Positions 63,948 to 64,000 of a stretch of DNA of 64,000 nucleotides are shown here, piece by piece (the first letter of the stretch is position 1; each line of letters opens with the position of its first letter). The stretch comes from Oikopleura dioica (lineage: Eukaryota > Animalia > Chordata), in assembly GCA_907165135.1 (NCBI GenBank), contig OU015566.1:6882001-6946000 (forward strand), in the 5' to 3' direction. Position numbers and translations under genes: made by a program. A model generated the notes under the pieces. It did no database searches and was not told the DNA's origin. It saw only the letters and a program-made list of their open reading frames with translations.

Positions 63948-64000
63948 ACGAGCTCACGAGCACGTGAGCACGTGAGTGAGCTCGATGAGCATGCTCACGC
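63948..64000. repeat. GAGCAC/CACGTG-rich short repeat in an SPS intron (truncated by the window edge)
   Basis: GAGCTCACGAGCACGTGAGCACGTGAGTGAGCTCGATGAGCATGCTCACGC. Confidence 0.5.

Noticed and set aside
63607-64000. Selenocysteine UGA or SECIS in the SPS homologue
   Set aside because: The Sec/Cys site lies N-terminal, outside the window; no in-frame UGA in the visible exons and no SECIS identifiable by eye.

Overview
Eukaryotic, gene-dense DNA with many very short introns (about 40-50 nt), frequent GA-AG and GC-AG introns, acceptor-like TTTTAG/TTCAG motifs just before start codons, and very short same-strand intergenic gaps. This combination points to an appendicularian tunicate such as Oikopleura (inference; no taxonomic marker gene is in the window). 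Recognised genes, all reconstructed by hand across introns: DNAI2, a CUB-domain protein, a PPxY membrane protein, an ankyrin protein ending in NDEL, two HPD-less J-domain genes, an SHB-family SH2 adaptor, FAM161, a C/EBP-type bZIP, GRWD1, COG7, QTRT1, a kinase-less TGF-beta type II receptor-like gene, a trypsin pseudo-protease, a dcd1/C45-type Ntn hydrolase, NCBP3, HDDC2 with TMEM42 nested antisense in its second intron, calmodulin, and a selenophosphate-synthetase (SPS/SEPHS) homologue. Mobile DNA is non-autonomous: a MULE-like element with a 9-bp TSD, TTAA-flanked Kolobok-like MITEs, several hairpin MITEs and a 2.7-kb modular foldback palindrome. Top candidates for new biology: (1) the SPS homologue, which has lost metal-binding aspartates, keeps the Arg371-equivalent motif and is spliced in frame to a ~250-aa Q/N/S/H-rich tail; (2) the kinase-less 12-Cys TGFBR2-like receptor; (3) the foldback element; (4) the nested TMEM42. 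Protein family calls rest on remembered reference sequences, not database searches. Exon limits are manual, and homopolymer errors appear to be present.
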